A stretch of DNA of 64,000 nucleotides from Candidatus Hydrogenedentota bacterium (GCA_963668025.2 CAXXTH010000011.1:64001-128000); one strand, 5' to 3'; shown: positions 49,298 through 60,574, counted from the first letter of the stretch. Numbers and translations: made by a program. Notes: a model not told the origin generated them from the letters alone.

Positions 49298-52135
49298 ATG
49301 TCAACGCCTCTCTCTCCCCTGACGCCATTCAAGCAGTCCAGACATGCGGTGAGTTATGCAGAATTGCGGTCGGATTTTCGGAATCCGCCCGGGCGGTATC
49401 GCATGCTGCCCATATTCCGCCTGAATGATGAAATTGATTTTGAGCGGATGGATGCCCAGTTGTCCTCCTTGCATGAGCAAGGTTTTGGCGGGGTGTTTTC
49501 GTGTTGTGAGCACTTCGCGGATAGTTCGCCGTTCCGTTTTTTATCGGAGGCATGGTGGGATATTGTGCGCCGTATGGCGGAGACATGTAAAAAACTTGGA
49601 TTGTATTATTGGGCGTACGACGAAGAAGACTGGCCGAGCGGCACTGCGGCGGGAATCATCCTGGAACAAGAGCCGGACTTGATTTGGAAATCGCTGAAAT
49701 GCATGGAATATTCGGTTTCGGGACCCAGCAAGGCCACAGTGGACATCTGGGCCGGATTGCCGGAGCAAGCGCGGGTGATTGCCATGCAAGCATGGCGCAT
49801 GCAGGATGGAGCCATCCTCACGGACACGCTGCAAACCTTGAACGTGCCACCCCCCGGCGAGGCTCTCGAATGGCTGCCTCCGTCCGCCGAAGCATGGACG
49901 ATTGGTGTGTTTGTGGTTCTTCCGGGTATTTGCGCGGAAGACCGGCCTTTTTGCGACCTGATGAATCCGCGCGCGACACAGGCCTTTATCGAACGCGTAT
50001 ACCAGGCGCATGCCGAACGCCTGGAGGAATATGGCGGGGAATTATCGGGATTTTTTACGGACGAGCCGCATCTGCTGGCTTGGGCCGGATATACAAACAG
50101 CGCGAATGCGCTGGCGCAGGGCCATCCCTTCAGCTTTGAAATGCTGCCTGTTTTTAAGGAAAACTGCGGAACAGAGCTGTCGCGGCAACCGGCATTGGCG
50201 TTGATGTTCCATGAGCCAGCCGAGGCCAGCGAAGCGGCCCTAGACGCCATGCTATTGCGTTGCCGTTATTATCGCACCGTGTCGCAATGTTTCAGCAGGC
50301 ATTTCGAGGCGATGTATCAGTTCTGTGAACAGCACGATGTACCGCTGACGGGGCATCTGTGGCCTGAGGAGTCGTTTAGTCTTCAGCTTGCGGCCCTGGG
50401 AGGGAATCCGCAGCATCTGTATCGCCATATGCAAATTCCTGGACTGGATTGGGTGATGGCTTTTGGAAAGAATTGTAATGAACTGCCAGCCAACGCCATC
50501 AAGTATCCCGCATCCATCGCGCACCTGTATGGACGCCCGAGGGTGTCCTGTGAATCGTTCGCAGGCTCCGGATGGGGCGCCACCTTCCAAGACTTCCTGC
50601 GCGTCCTGCATTGGGAGCATATCCACGGGGTGAACATGCAGATCCCCATCAGTTTCAAGTATTCACTGCGAGGCGAAGGACGCGCCCAGTTTTATCCTCC
50701 TGGATTCAGCTACCAGCAACCTTGGTGGGAGCATGTGCGAGCATGGGCGGATTATGAAGCCCGCTTATGCGCCGTGACATCAGCGGGCGCTCACGTGGCG
50801 CAAGTCATTCTGTTTTACCCAGAGGCGGATTTATGGACACACTGCCTGGAATACAAAACGCTAGATCTGCGCAGCGATGAATACAACCATTTAGGCGACC
50901 AGCTCCGGATGCACGGTTATGATTATGATGTGCTGGATGATCAAGCGCTTGCCGAAAACATACGGTGGAAAGACGGCTTGTTCAGATCCGAGTATGAGTC
51001 ATTCGAGGTAATGATTCTGCCGCGCATGGATGGGGTGAGCCTCGAAACGTTCAAGCGCCTCGCCTGCTGGGCCAGCCAGGGAGCGAAGCTCATTTTTCTG
51101 GGCGCATTGCCGCAACACAGCCTTGAAAACGGCGCATACGATCCGGATTTACGGCATGCCGTTGAATCGATGCTGGGGCTGGAGTGTTATCAACAGGCCG
51201 CACAAGGCCGGAATTTCACCAGCATGGCCGCACCATATGCCGCATTTGCCGCGGATATCGATGCGGCGCTGGCGCAACTGCGGCAGTGGAGCGCGCCTGA
51301 TGTGGCTGCCTCGTCCATGGAACATCCGCTGCTCGCCTGCCACCGCAATCTAGACGATGTCCATGTGTATCTGCTGTACAATCCATGTGAACGGAGAATC
51401 ACGACGGACGTAACCCTCCGCGCCAGCGGCCATCCGGAACGGCTGGACCCCGTGACAGGCGATTCGGAGATGATCGCCGCCTATCAAACAGGCCCGCAAG
51501 GCACCCAGTTGGGGCTCACCTTCCAAGCATGGGAAATGCAGATCATTGTGCTGCATTCGGAACCGGCGGTCTCGGCGCCTGCGACGGCATGGCAGGCCGT
51601 ACAAACCCTATCCGTAGAGGGATGCTGGGATTTTGAGATCGAGCAAACCATGCAACGCCCCGATGTGGCGTGGAATTTCGCGGAAGACTTTGAGCATTGG
51701 CATTCCGTGGCGCAGCCCGCTTGCCCCCCCAACACGATCATAGCGGGAGACTGGTCGCTGCAAGGCTTGCCGTATTTTTCGGGCATCGGGCATTATCGCA
51801 AAGAGATCGAGCTGCCGGAGATGCAGGCGGGAGCCTGGGTGGAATTGAGCTTGGGAGAAGTGGCCGTTAGCGCGCAGGTGTTCGTGAACGGCCAATCCAT
51901 GGGTATCCTGTTCGCTCCTCCATACAAGCTGGATATCACGGATGCCGTGCGGCCAGGGCGCAACCGTATTCATGTCGCCGTGGCCAATACGTTGTCGAAT
52001 TATTACGCCCAATTTGAAGAGCTTTCCCGCGCACCCATTTATTCGGGAGGCGATTTGCCGAGCCGCCGCGTCAGCGGCCTGCTCGGCCCGGTGCGGATTC
52101 ACCTATTGGAGGCGCAAGGAAAAGCTTCTGAGTAG
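49298..52135 (+). CDS. Cytoplasmic GH106-like (alpha-L-rhamnosidase-like) glycoside hydrolase
   Basis: YDEEDWPSG, GFFTDEP, PGLD, CESFAGSGW, QQPWW; C-terminal GDW...YFSG...VNG...SGLLGPV domain; no signal peptide. Confidence 0.72.
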   Translation: MSTPLSPLTPFKQSRHAVSYAELRSDFRNPPGRYRMLPIFRLNDEIDFERMDAQLSSLHEQGFGGVFSCCEHFADSSPFRFLSEAWWDIVRRMAETCKKLGLYYWAYDEEDWPSGTAAGIILEQEPDLIWKSLKCMEYSVSGPSKATVDIWAGLPEQARVIAMQAWRMQDGAILTDTLQTLNVPPPGEALEWLPPSAEAWTIGVFVVLPGICAEDRPFCDLMNPRATQAFIERVYQAHAERLEEYGGELSGFFTDEPHLLAWAGYTNSANALAQGHPFSFEMLPVFKENCGTELSRQPALALMFHEPAEASEAALDAMLLRCRYYRTVSQCFSRHFEAMYQFCEQHDVPLTGHLWPEESFSLQLAALGGNPQHLYRHMQIPGLDWVMAFGKNCNELPANAIKYPASIAHLYGRPRVSCESFAGSGWGATFQDFLRVLHWEHIHGVNMQIPISFKYSLRGEGRAQFYPPGFSYQQPWWEHVRAWADYEARLCAVTSAGAHVAQVILFYPEADLWTHCLEYKTLDLRSDEYNHLGDQLRMHGYDYDVLDDQALAENIRWKDGLFRSEYESFEVMILPRMDGVSLETFKRLACWASQGAKLIFLGALPQHSLENGAYDPDLRHAVESMLGLECYQQAAQGRNFTSMAAPYAAFAADIDAALAQLRQWSAPDVAASSMEHPLLACHRNLDDVHVYLLYNPCERRITTDVTLRASGHPERLDPVTGDSEMIAAYQTGPQGTQLGLTFQAWEMQIIVLHSEPAVSAPATAWQAVQTLSVEGCWDFEIEQTMQRPDVAWNFAEDFEHWHSVAQPACPPNTIIAGDWSLQGLPYFSGIGHYRKEIELPEMQAGAWVELSLGEVAVSAQVFVNGQSMGILFAPPYKLDITDAVRPGRNRIHVAVANTLSNYYAQFEELSRAPIYSGGDLPSRRVSGLLGPVRIHLLEAQGKASE

Positions 52136-52152
52136 AAGCGTAAATACAGATT

Positions 52153-52194
52153 AAAAAAGCCCCAGTTCACTGATTTGATGAACTGGGGCTTTTT
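52153..52194. terminator. Bidirectional intrinsic terminator
   Basis: A6-GCCCCAGTTCA/TGAACTGGGGC-T5 between convergent genes. Confidence 0.9.
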
Positions 52195-52195
52195 G

Positions 52196-54241
52196 TTATG
52201 CTTCTTCGCCTTCTATCGCAGCCGAAGCGGATTTGGAGTCCAGCACATCAGGAACGGAACCATCATCAGCGGCATTGCGATCCGCCGTTTCCAGCGTGAT
52301 AAACAAGGCGCGCAAATCGCGGAATCCGCCAACCGTCATCAATGCGCCGACAATGAGCGTGATCAAGAAGAAAATCCAAGCATACACGTGCCAATAGGCC
52401 ATGAAAACTGAATCACTGATGCCAAAGGCCATATGCCAGCACGTTCCCACCAAGAAGATAATCAGGAAAACCAGCATATATGCATACGCGCTGAAGAAGA
52501 TCGCCTTGTCATCGCGCGTAAAATCGGAACTGAAGCCGAGGGTGTTTTTCCAGTCCCGCACGGGAGAAGCAAGCATCATGGAGTCTTCTTTGCCCGCATA
52601 TTTTCCCCGATGCAGCATGCGGTCCAGCTCGAAGCCGGGCTGCCGCCCTAGTAATGAAAAGACCACATACCCAAGCAGGGAGCCCACCATGGCGAAGAAG
52701 AACAGTTCTTGTGAGGTCAGGAGGAACTTATGCTCATTGAGTGAAGGGAAGATTTGTTGTGCGTGCGCCCACAGCCCCGGTTGATGGGATTGGATATAAG
52801 CGGCCATTTGCGGCCAGGTTTGATCGATGGCAAAACCAAAAATCGAGACCACCAGGCCAATGAACATGGCCGCCCATGCGCCAGTGGTAGTGCCTTTTTT
52901 CCAATAGAGCCCCCCGACAATCACCGCACCAGCTCCGCCTAAGAAGATCGCGCCGGAGAGCGAAAAAAACATGAAAATGTCGGAGCGCTGATTAAAGATC
53001 AGGCTGAAGACATAAATAAAAACGGCCACACCTAAGATGGACAGGCGCAGGTACCGCAGATGCTGGCGGGGCGTGAAGGGCTTGCCCCTCAACGGCAGAA
53101 CGATATCCTGCAGGAAAATGCTTCCCCAAGAATGGAGATAGGTATCATGGGTGCCAACGAACGCAGCCATGACCACGGTAATGAACAGCCCCATGATACC
53201 AACAGGAAAGATGTTGCTAAGTGCGATGGGAACCGTCATTTGGCTGCGAATCTGTTCATCAGCGATGCCATTCAGTGCGCCCTGTATTGTCTGCGCTTCA
53301 CCGGTAAAGAGAGGATTATGCATCACGGTATATACGCACAACGGCAGCATCACCAAGAACAACGTGGGAATCAGCATGCGCAGATAGCCGAGAATTTTTG
53401 ACATGCGGGCTTCATGCGCATCTCTGGCCGCGCTGTTGTAGCCCGCTTGCCCCTGCCAGGCAAACGCGCCGTACCACATGCTGAACAAGCCGATCAGGAA
53501 GTAAAACGTGTCGTAGTTTTCCAAGCCTCCGATCTTGAAGGGATGCACCATCGACTTCCCTTCGGGAGCCTGGCTAATCGTGGTGATTATCGTTGACCAA
53601 TCGAAGCGATAGAAGAGAAAAACCAGCACGATGATGAAAGCGATATTGCAGAAAGCGCCTTGCAGAAAGTCTGTCACCATCACGGAAATCTGGCCGCCCA
53701 CAAATGTGAACCAAATGGCCAAGGCGAGCAGCAGGGCCATGCCTACCGCATAGGTCGAACACTCGATTCCAAACAAGCCAAATGATACGGGCAAACCGCA
53801 GAAATACATGATAAACCGCATACTGACTGCGGGGAAAATACCGAAGTTGATGATGCCCGAAAGAAAGGCCAGGATGCCGGAAACCACACGGAACCTGCGG
53901 CTATATCGCATTTCAAAGAATTGCGCAAGCGTCATGGCGCGCGTCTGGCGGAAACGGAAGATCACCCAGCCGGTGATCGCCATGAAGACACTCATGGGCA
54001 TGAGAATCGATTGCCACCACAACGGGGTGAATCCCCCCTCGTAGAACATCTGGAAATAGGCCACCATGGTGATGGGGCCGAATCCCGCCATGCCATCGCC
54101 CACGGCGATGATATAGCGCCCCGCGCAGCGGTTGGCGGCTAGAAAGTCGGCCACGCTGCGGGCATAGCGTTTGGTGCGCCAGGCCATATAGGAGATGCTT
54201 GAAATGAAAACCAACAAAATGAGCCAGTCAATCAAATGCAT
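52196..54241 (-). CDS. Sodium:solute symporter family protein
   Basis: SVADFLAANRCAGRY, RFRQTRAMTLAQFFEMRYSR, GGQISVMVTD; many TM segments. Confidence 0.9.
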   Translation of the reverse strand: MHLIDWLILLVFISSISYMAWRTKRYARSVADFLAANRCAGRYIIAVGDGMAGFGPITMVAYFQMFYEGGFTPLWWQSILMPMSVFMAITGWVIFRFRQTRAMTLAQFFEMRYSRRFRVVSGILAFLSGIINFGIFPAVSMRFIMYFCGLPVSFGLFGIECSTYAVGMALLLALAIWFTFVGGQISVMVTDFLQGAFCNIAFIIVLVFLFYRFDWSTIITTISQAPEGKSMVHPFKIGGLENYDTFYFLIGLFSMWYGAFAWQGQAGYNSAARDAHEARMSKILGYLRMLIPTLFLVMLPLCVYTVMHNPLFTGEAQTIQGALNGIADEQIRSQMTVPIALSNIFPVGIMGLFITVVMAAFVGTHDTYLHSWGSIFLQDIVLPLRGKPFTPRQHLRYLRLSILGVAVFIYVFSLIFNQRSDIFMFFSLSGAIFLGGAGAVIVGGLYWKKGTTTGAWAAMFIGLVVSIFGFAIDQTWPQMAAYIQSHQPGLWAHAQQIFPSLNEHKFLLTSQELFFFAMVGSLLGYVVFSLLGRQPGFELDRMLHRGKYAGKEDSMMLASPVRDWKNTLGFSSDFTRDDKAIFFSAYAYMLVFLIIFLVGTCWHMAFGISDSVFMAYWHVYAWIFFLITLIVGALMTVGGFRDLRALFITLETADRNAADDGSVPDVLDSKSASAAIEGEEA

Positions 54242-54328
54242 GCTAAACGCCCTTCCTCGTATTCATAAAAAACGATGATACAAAACGTCCGCTCCTGCAG
54301 AGCCGGAAATCTCCGTGGCGCATTCAAT

Positions 54329-57300
54329 TCATTCAATCCGTTTGAGCCGCAGTTCCTTCTTGATTCCACACCATGGCTTCTGCGTCGTGACGGACAGCGT
54401 ATGCTTTTTCCCTCCCAATGAAACCGGAGGAGTCTGCGCCTCGCCAAAAAAGCCTAATGCGTAACGTAGATCGCCCATGGAAACCCATGAGAGCGGTAGC
54501 GCCGCACCATCAAACTCAACCACATAGCTATCCGCCAAATTATGAGATGTGGCGTCGGCGTCGCTATGGCGCAACATAAGCGAGATGGTATAGGTTCCTT
54601 CGACGGGCGCTAGGTTTGACCAGCGGATGGTTCCGGGCAAGCAGGGATAACTGACTTCCGAAAACTCATCAAACCGCGGGCCGATCCGTTCAAACTCCGC
54701 GCCTCCCTCACGCGGGAGCCACTCCACATCGAACAGGCGTTGCGGATCGCCTGTGAGCTCCTGAATATGAAACGAAATCTCCAGCAGCTCGGTATGAGGC
54801 TCGGTGTACGTATCCATCACCCATGGCTGGCCCAGGCCAAAGACCTTGGCCTTAGGCGACAAATCGGGATCGGAATGATAGAACCTTAAATCCAGTGATT
54901 CCGGCCCCGCATGCTCCTCGTCAGACCGGTCGGTCAGCACTACATTGCCAGCATTGGTTTGAATGTCCGTTAGCAGAATCCCTTTTCCCTCTTCGTCGGC
55001 AAAACATAGCGCAGGATGCTCGGGATGGAGCGGATCAACCACCGATTGCCAAAGGCGTCCGCTGGGCTGGACATTCTGGTATAGCGCGCCTGATGTCATC
55101 AGGCACCCAGCAGGCATCGTGCGGTCCCAGCGATATTCCGGCGTGGGAAACGGATAATGCCGCCGAAGCGTGCGATCAGCCAATAATGCCGTACGGCTGC
55201 AAACCCACCACCGGGAGGTATTCAGGAACCGGAGCGCCGGAATGATGTTCATTCCAGCGGTCTTTAGCTTCAAGGCAACGCGGACGCCATCCGATTCCTG
55301 GCGAACCTGGTATTCTCCCCGGGGTGACACATATTGGGTTTCCGTTGGCGCCTGCTGGGCGGCCTGCCAGCCGTCCGCATCCAGGAGCAGGGTGGCAAGC
55401 AACCGGCCCGAGCGGACAGCCAGCGATGCGGGCTGGGTTTCGACAGTAAAGGGAACCGGGTCTGGCAGGCTCACATGATCGGCAGTCCTTATTTCAGGAA
55501 CGGAGATGGCCACGGGCGGCGCTCCGATACGTAGCAGCGCCGTTTGGTAGCCTTTGAGCGTCCATGCAAAAGCATGCTTTTGAATAACGCCAGCGTTTCC
55601 AGAAACGCCATCATAGACCCGTGTGCCGTCGGCCAAGGCCAGCTCGGGCGGTAAAGAAACCGTGCCGCTCACGGAGTGGCTGGATAAATTGGCCAGTCCC
55701 AAGGCATGGCCCGTGGAAGTGGAACGCAACACGCTGAACACAGCCGGATCAAAATGGACTCCTAGATAATCCGGCTCACCATACGAAAACTCAGGAATGC
55801 TTCGGCGCGCCCAAATTATCTGGCGCAAGGCGTCAAACGAGCCAATCTCATCTTCCTGATAGAACATGGGGATGCCAGGTACGGACAGGCAAACGCCCCA
55901 GAAAGCGCGAGCCAGCCCCGCGCCAAAACGGAAGGCGGGGCGGCCAAATTCACCGACGCTGTCATGGTTGCCTAACGTACGGATTATCCGCATGCCCTCG
56001 GGCAGCGAGCCGCGTTCATTCTCGAAGAAATCCCGAATACGCTGGTTCATGGCAGGCGCATCATTCCAATCGCCGGGCAAGCCATGGGCAAACAGGCCGG
56101 TCGTCGGGATGCCATAACTGATTGGTGCAAGCCGCACATATTCAGGATGGTCTTCCCGGGACTCGGGAATGAGCATAGGCACGGCATTCCGCACATCCAT
56201 TCCGTCATAGATGGCTTCAAGCATTTCTAGCGAGCCGCCAAGCGTCGAATAGGAGGCTTGGTTGGTGCGGGGTGAAGTCCAATTCGCCCCCATGCCGTCG
56301 GCGACGTCAATACGCACTCCCTCCATTCCGAACTGGCGGGAGAGCCGCCGGGCGCAACGCTGCATCACCGCCTGCCATTTCGGCGACGAGTAATCCATCG
56401 CCGCGCCATCGTAATCGCGGGTGGGCTCACCGTCAGGACGCCCCGTCCACCACTCACGGAGTTCCGTGGCTTGTGGGGCCTGATACCCGTGGGGAACCAA
56501 TTCGCCCAGCAAATGGATCTGGTGCTGGCGGGCGGTTGCAGCCAATGCATCTAGCGCTTCTTCTCCCCCGAGCACGGGATCAATCTCATCAAAATCCCGA
56601 GGGGCATACAGATTCCAGTTCCCCTGAACGGCATCGGGCGGGGTTTTATGGGTATGGACGGAATTCAGCCAGAGCGTCGTGATGCCCAGATCGGCCAGAT
56701 ACGGGAGTTGTTTCTCGAAAGCAGCGAAGCCGCCCACATCGCTGAACCGGGCGTCGATATGCCCGCCCGCACTAGCTTCATACAAGATGGACTCGGTGAT
56801 CCACCCTGGCATGGATTTTGGCGCCACCAGGCCAATCGTGCGATACCATTGCTGCGCCAGCGGCCTAAAATCTGCGGCTGTTCCATCCTCGAGCCAAACC
56901 GCGAACTGGCCAATCCGCGCCTTTTTTCCAGGCTGGAGCCGCCAGGCCGCGCCGGGATAAATGCAAACCATATCTCCTTCTTTGACTACATTGTAGAAAT
57001 CCGTCGTGGCGCGATATGCGAGCAGGGCATCCTTTCCTCCGCCGACTTCCCCCATCCAGAAAGGATGCGGCTCCCATTGCCGGGCCCCTTCGGGGTGGGC
57101 TGGAATGAACTTCATGCTCGCCCCCGTCAGATCCTGCACGCCGCCCGAAAGGTTGGTATAAACGAAAGAGATGAGCCACGCATTGTCACCGAGCTCGGCC
57201 ATCCGCTCATATCGAACGAGCAGCTCGCCCGCCGCTTTTACCAGCCGCCATTCCCATACGGGAGCTTGCGTTGGCGAAATCTCTTGCGCCGAGGCTTCAG

Positions 57301-57508
57301 CCGCAAAGGATTGGCCATTGATCGTGACATTGACGGCGTACCCTGCCCCCTCGCCTAAGAGCATCTGGTTCTCCATGGAGGCCCGCAACCAGCCATTATG
57401 TAAAGACCAGGCCACTTGTTTCATGTCACCAGCCTCATCGGCAGCGCCATTCATCGCCATCACCCAAGCTCCTAAAACCAGAAAAGATGTTTGTTTGAAT
57501 CGCATCAT
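54329..57508 (-). CDS. Secreted GH13-like (alpha-amylase family) multidomain protein
   Basis: LPYLADLGITTLWL, GVRIDVA (nucleophile), IPES (acid/base), LGNHD, GIPMFYQ; signal peptide after MMRFK. Confidence 0.8.
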   Translation of the reverse strand: MMRFKQTSFLVLGAWVMAMNGAADEAGDMKQVAWSLHNGWLRASMENQMLLGEGAGYAVNVTINGQSFAAEASAQEISPTQAPVWEWRLVKAAGELLVRYERMAELGDNAWLISFVYTNLSGGVQDLTGASMKFIPAHPEGARQWEPHPFWMGEVGGGKDALLAYRATTDFYNVVKEGDMVCIYPGAAWRLQPGKKARIGQFAVWLEDGTAADFRPLAQQWYRTIGLVAPKSMPGWITESILYEASAGGHIDARFSDVGGFAAFEKQLPYLADLGITTLWLNSVHTHKTPPDAVQGNWNLYAPRDFDEIDPVLGGEEALDALAATARQHQIHLLGELVPHGYQAPQATELREWWTGRPDGEPTRDYDGAAMDYSSPKWQAVMQRCARRLSRQFGMEGVRIDVADGMGANWTSPRTNQASYSTLGGSLEMLEAIYDGMDVRNAVPMLIPESREDHPEYVRLAPISYGIPTTGLFAHGLPGDWNDAPAMNQRIRDFFENERGSLPEGMRIIRTLGNHDSVGEFGRPAFRFGAGLARAFWGVCLSVPGIPMFYQEDEIGSFDALRQIIWARRSIPEFSYGEPDYLGVHFDPAVFSVLRSTSTGHALGLANLSSHSVSGTVSLPPELALADGTRVYDGVSGNAGVIQKHAFAWTLKGYQTALLRIGAPPVAISVPEIRTADHVSLPDPVPFTVETQPASLAVRSGRLLATLLLDADGWQAAQQAPTETQYVSPRGEYQVRQESDGVRVALKLKTAGMNIIPALRFLNTSRWWVCSRTALLADRTLRRHYPFPTPEYRWDRTMPAGCLMTSGALYQNVQPSGRLWQSVVDPLHPEHPALCFADEEGKGILLTDIQTNAGNVVLTDRSDEEHAGPESLDLRFYHSDPDLSPKAKVFGLGQPWVMDTYTEPHTELLEISFHIQELTGDPQRLFDVEWLPREGGAEFERIGPRFDEFSEVSYPCLPGTIRWSNLAPVEGTYTISLMLRHSDADATSHNLADSYVVEFDGAALPLSWVSMGDLRYALGFFGEAQTPPVSLGGKKHTLSVTTQKPWCGIKKELRLKRIE

Positions 57509-57569
57509 GAACGTTTCAACTCCCCAGATGATGCAATAGATGTGATGATATGATTTCTTTGTGGAAAAT

Positions 57570-57593
57570 GACCGGCGAAGGCGCCGATCCCAC
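57570..57593. repeat. REP-like palindrome, second copy
   Basis: GACCGGCGAAGGCGCCGATCCCAC is similar to 21891-21914. Confidence 0.55.
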
Positions 57594-57718
57594 ATAGGGC
57601 AACCACATCACAAACGCAACATGAACCGCTATACGTCCCAAAAGGCGCAAGAAGATCGTCTTTTTCCCCTGTATCTCTTGTGCCTTTTGCAGCCCGTGCT
57701 CACACAACTAGCCGAATT

Positions 57719-60574
57719 TCAACTATGTTTGAAGTGTTTTCGGGATTCGGGATAAATGGCTACAATACATCCCACCCCCTTGGGATTGAGCGTCAACCGG
57801 AGAACGGCCTGTCCATTTCTAGAATGCGGCTTCAGGGTTTTACCCGTGAAAGCATTTATGAACTTAGCGCCTCGCGTATAGGGCAGCGCGATCACTTCCC
57901 CTTCATACGTTTCGTTGCGGCCGTTGTAGAGCGTGTAGGCAATTTCCTTGGAACCTGTGAATTTGTTCGCGAATAGACCGTTTGCCAAGGTGGGAACCAA
58001 TGTTTCGGCCTGTGTTCCCGCGAATGCGTCGAGATGTTCACGCAGCACGCGGTGGCACGCTTGGATGGCCCGGCGTGTTTGAGGAGCGTACCATTTTGTA
58101 GCCCACCCCTGTAGCCAAATCCCTTCGCCATTCCAGAACGTCCAGCGCGGGCCTGTGGCCCAAGTGCCGGTGGGTGAGTCGCAATTGAGGATCTCGAAGT
58201 TCTTGAAATCGGGGAACGCATACCGGAAAAGTTTGAGCGGAGCCAGCGGCTCTAGCTTGCGCTGGCGCTGCATGCTATAGGAGAAGGAAGCATCTTGATA
58301 CTGGCTGATCACGTCCGTTGGCGAATATTCAGTATAGAGCATCACATCTTTTTTGACCGATTCGATAGCGGTGCGGAAACGTTTGGTCGCTTCGGCCTCC
58401 GCCGCCAACGAATTGCTGGGCACGGGATGGCCGTGGTCTTTGGAATAACACCACCGGATCGGGCCGTTGAGAGAGAACTGGTCGATATACATACCGTCGG
58501 CGTCCATCCGCTGCACCATGCGCGCATAGGTCTCGGCTTGAATCTCCGTCCAGGGCTGGATCGTCGGGCAGATACCCACCTCGGGCGAACCTGGCCAGCG
58601 CCCTTCGGAGCCATCGTTGCAGATTTGCGCCCAAGGTTTGGCATACATCTGGCCCAAGCGGCCGGTCTCGTTCAGCAAGTATCCCTCGATGTAATAGCCG
58701 ACACGCAAGCCGCGATCGCGGACGCCTTGCACTGCTTTCTGGAAACCAGCCCAGCCTTGCGGGAGATGAAAACCTGTTTCATACTCGTCGCCTGGGTCGA
58801 AATCACCCACGCGGCCATAAGTCCGCCCATACGGTCCCGCCATGCCCCAGTCGAAAATATGGAGGTATTCGCTGCCGCCAAACGCTTCATTCGTCTCGTC
58901 GATATATTCCTGGAACGTATACGTATTCGTATTCGGATCGACCATCGTGCCAAAGTAATCGATGTACATGAATCCTTGGCGGAAATTGAACACTTCACGC
59001 ATCCATTGAGGACGCGGGGCGATTGGTTTGTGCCAGGCGGCCACCCAAGATTTGTAATCCTCATATGCCGCCCGCCAATCCCCGGTATGCACCAGCACCT
59101 GAGTGGGAGCCAGCGCATATACATTCAATGGAGCCAATTCGCGCGGCTGGTACACCAGGCGCATGGAAACGCCAGTTTCTGTCTTATTCAGGTGATACAT
59201 TTTCTCGAGGCTGTCGAGGTCGCGCACCTGCAAACCAATGCCGCCGCCTAAAAGTGGATTGTAGGCGTCCATGAATTGCAGCGACATGAAGGAGCCGCCA
59301 TACCACTGGGCCAATTCTTTCGGAGCATCACTCCAGGAAGTCTCGGAGGCCGGATACATATACCACATGTTCGTGGCCGGCCCCATGAGCACGCTGGTTA
59401 GGCGGGGGCCAATGGGCTCAATTTGTATAGGCGCTGAGCCGGTGTTGCGCACGCTCAGGCGGCAATCAATCGCGGGGGCATCTCCCACACCCAAGCTGAG
59501 AACCACTTCCAACGCAGGATCGGCGCATGTGAATGTCAGCATGTAGCCCGCTTGATTGCCCAGAGGAATAGAGGAGGTTAATGTAAACTTGTTAATATCG
59601 AGTTCATTTCCGCCTATGCCAATACCGAACAACGGCAACGGGGCGTCACTCAGGCAATTCATTTCCAATGCCCGGTGAAATAGCCGAGTGGGCAATGCGC
59701 CATGCGCCAGATCAAACTCGGCCTCGAGATAACGATTGGAGAGGGAAAGGCGGGAACCTTCGAGAACCGCCTTCGGCTCCTGGCGGGGCCAATTCGGCTT
59801 CAGTTCTTTCGTGGCCGGGATGCGCTTCACGGTCCAGCGGTCTTCAAAACGGCGATGCGCACTGGTGCTGAGTGTAAGGGCGGCCACGCCCAATTCGGCT
59901 TGAGTCGTTCCTTTGTATAGAACCAATTCACGGAGTTCACGGTCTGGATCCATACGCACCGTTAAGACCTGCAAACCCGGGGCCACACCCCACCGGTCTG
60001 ACCCGACACGCGCAGGCAACGCGCGTTGTTCCGAGCCGTCCGCATACCGGATCGTCACACAGATGCGGTCGATGTTTTCCATCTTCGAGAAAGGTTCCTG
60101 GACCGGCAGATATCCTGTGAAATAAACAGGCTCTTCATCTCCTTTCATACTGGCCAAGGTGAGCAGGTACGCTTCGCTTGCGTGGCCAGATACGGGGATT
60201 TTAATCTCGGCTTCCGGTTTTCCGCCAACGGTCGCCATGAGTACATTGCCCGTCAAACGCACGGTAAAAGGCAATTCATTCACCGTGAAGTATTGCGCCG
60301 GAAACCAATCGGCTAAACCGAAATCCTTTTTGGCGATTGCCACGGTGTAATTGGCAAGTGAAGGTAATTCCACCGGCTGAAAAGTTTTCATATCAGCAGG
60401 CCAAGCCGACAGCGAATGGGTTAATGCATTTAACGATACCGGCGGCGTGTCCATCGGCGAGTCTGCAGGCGTACCAGGGTCATCTCCTATTGCCGGACAC
60501 GAAATGCTTATAACCATCAATGACAGAAGCATTATTTTCGTATACATCCAGTACACCCTTTCATATGAGTTCAT
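57719..60574 (-). CDS. Secreted putative glycoside hydrolase (DUF6259-like TIM-barrel domain)
   Basis: Signal peptide; SLQFMDAY, HTGDWRAAYEDYKSW, HIFDW, GYYIEG, DGMYIDQ, LYTEY. Confidence 0.6.
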   Translation of the reverse strand: MNSYERVYWMYTKIMLLSLMVISISCPAIGDDPGTPADSPMDTPPVSLNALTHSLSAWPADMKTFQPVELPSLANYTVAIAKKDFGLADWFPAQYFTVNELPFTVRLTGNVLMATVGGKPEAEIKIPVSGHASEAYLLTLASMKGDEEPVYFTGYLPVQEPFSKMENIDRICVTIRYADGSEQRALPARVGSDRWGVAPGLQVLTVRMDPDRELRELVLYKGTTQAELGVAALTLSTSAHRRFEDRWTVKRIPATKELKPNWPRQEPKAVLEGSRLSLSNRYLEAEFDLAHGALPTRLFHRALEMNCLSDAPLPLFGIGIGGNELDINKFTLTSSIPLGNQAGYMLTFTCADPALEVVLSLGVGDAPAIDCRLSVRNTGSAPIQIEPIGPRLTSVLMGPATNMWYMYPASETSWSDAPKELAQWYGGSFMSLQFMDAYNPLLGGGIGLQVRDLDSLEKMYHLNKTETGVSMRLVYQPRELAPLNVYALAPTQVLVHTGDWRAAYEDYKSWVAAWHKPIAPRPQWMREVFNFRQGFMYIDYFGTMVDPNTNTYTFQEYIDETNEAFGGSEYLHIFDWGMAGPYGRTYGRVGDFDPGDEYETGFHLPQGWAGFQKAVQGVRDRGLRVGYYIEGYLLNETGRLGQMYAKPWAQICNDGSEGRWPGSPEVGICPTIQPWTEIQAETYARMVQRMDADGMYIDQFSLNGPIRWCYSKDHGHPVPSNSLAAEAEATKRFRTAIESVKKDVMLYTEYSPTDVISQYQDASFSYSMQRQRKLEPLAPLKLFRYAFPDFKNFEILNCDSPTGTWATGPRWTFWNGEGIWLQGWATKWYAPQTRRAIQACHRVLREHLDAFAGTQAETLVPTLANGLFANKFTGSKEIAYTLYNGRNETYEGEVIALPYTRGAKFINAFTGKTLKPHSRNGQAVLRLTLNPKGVGCIVAIYPESRKHFKHS

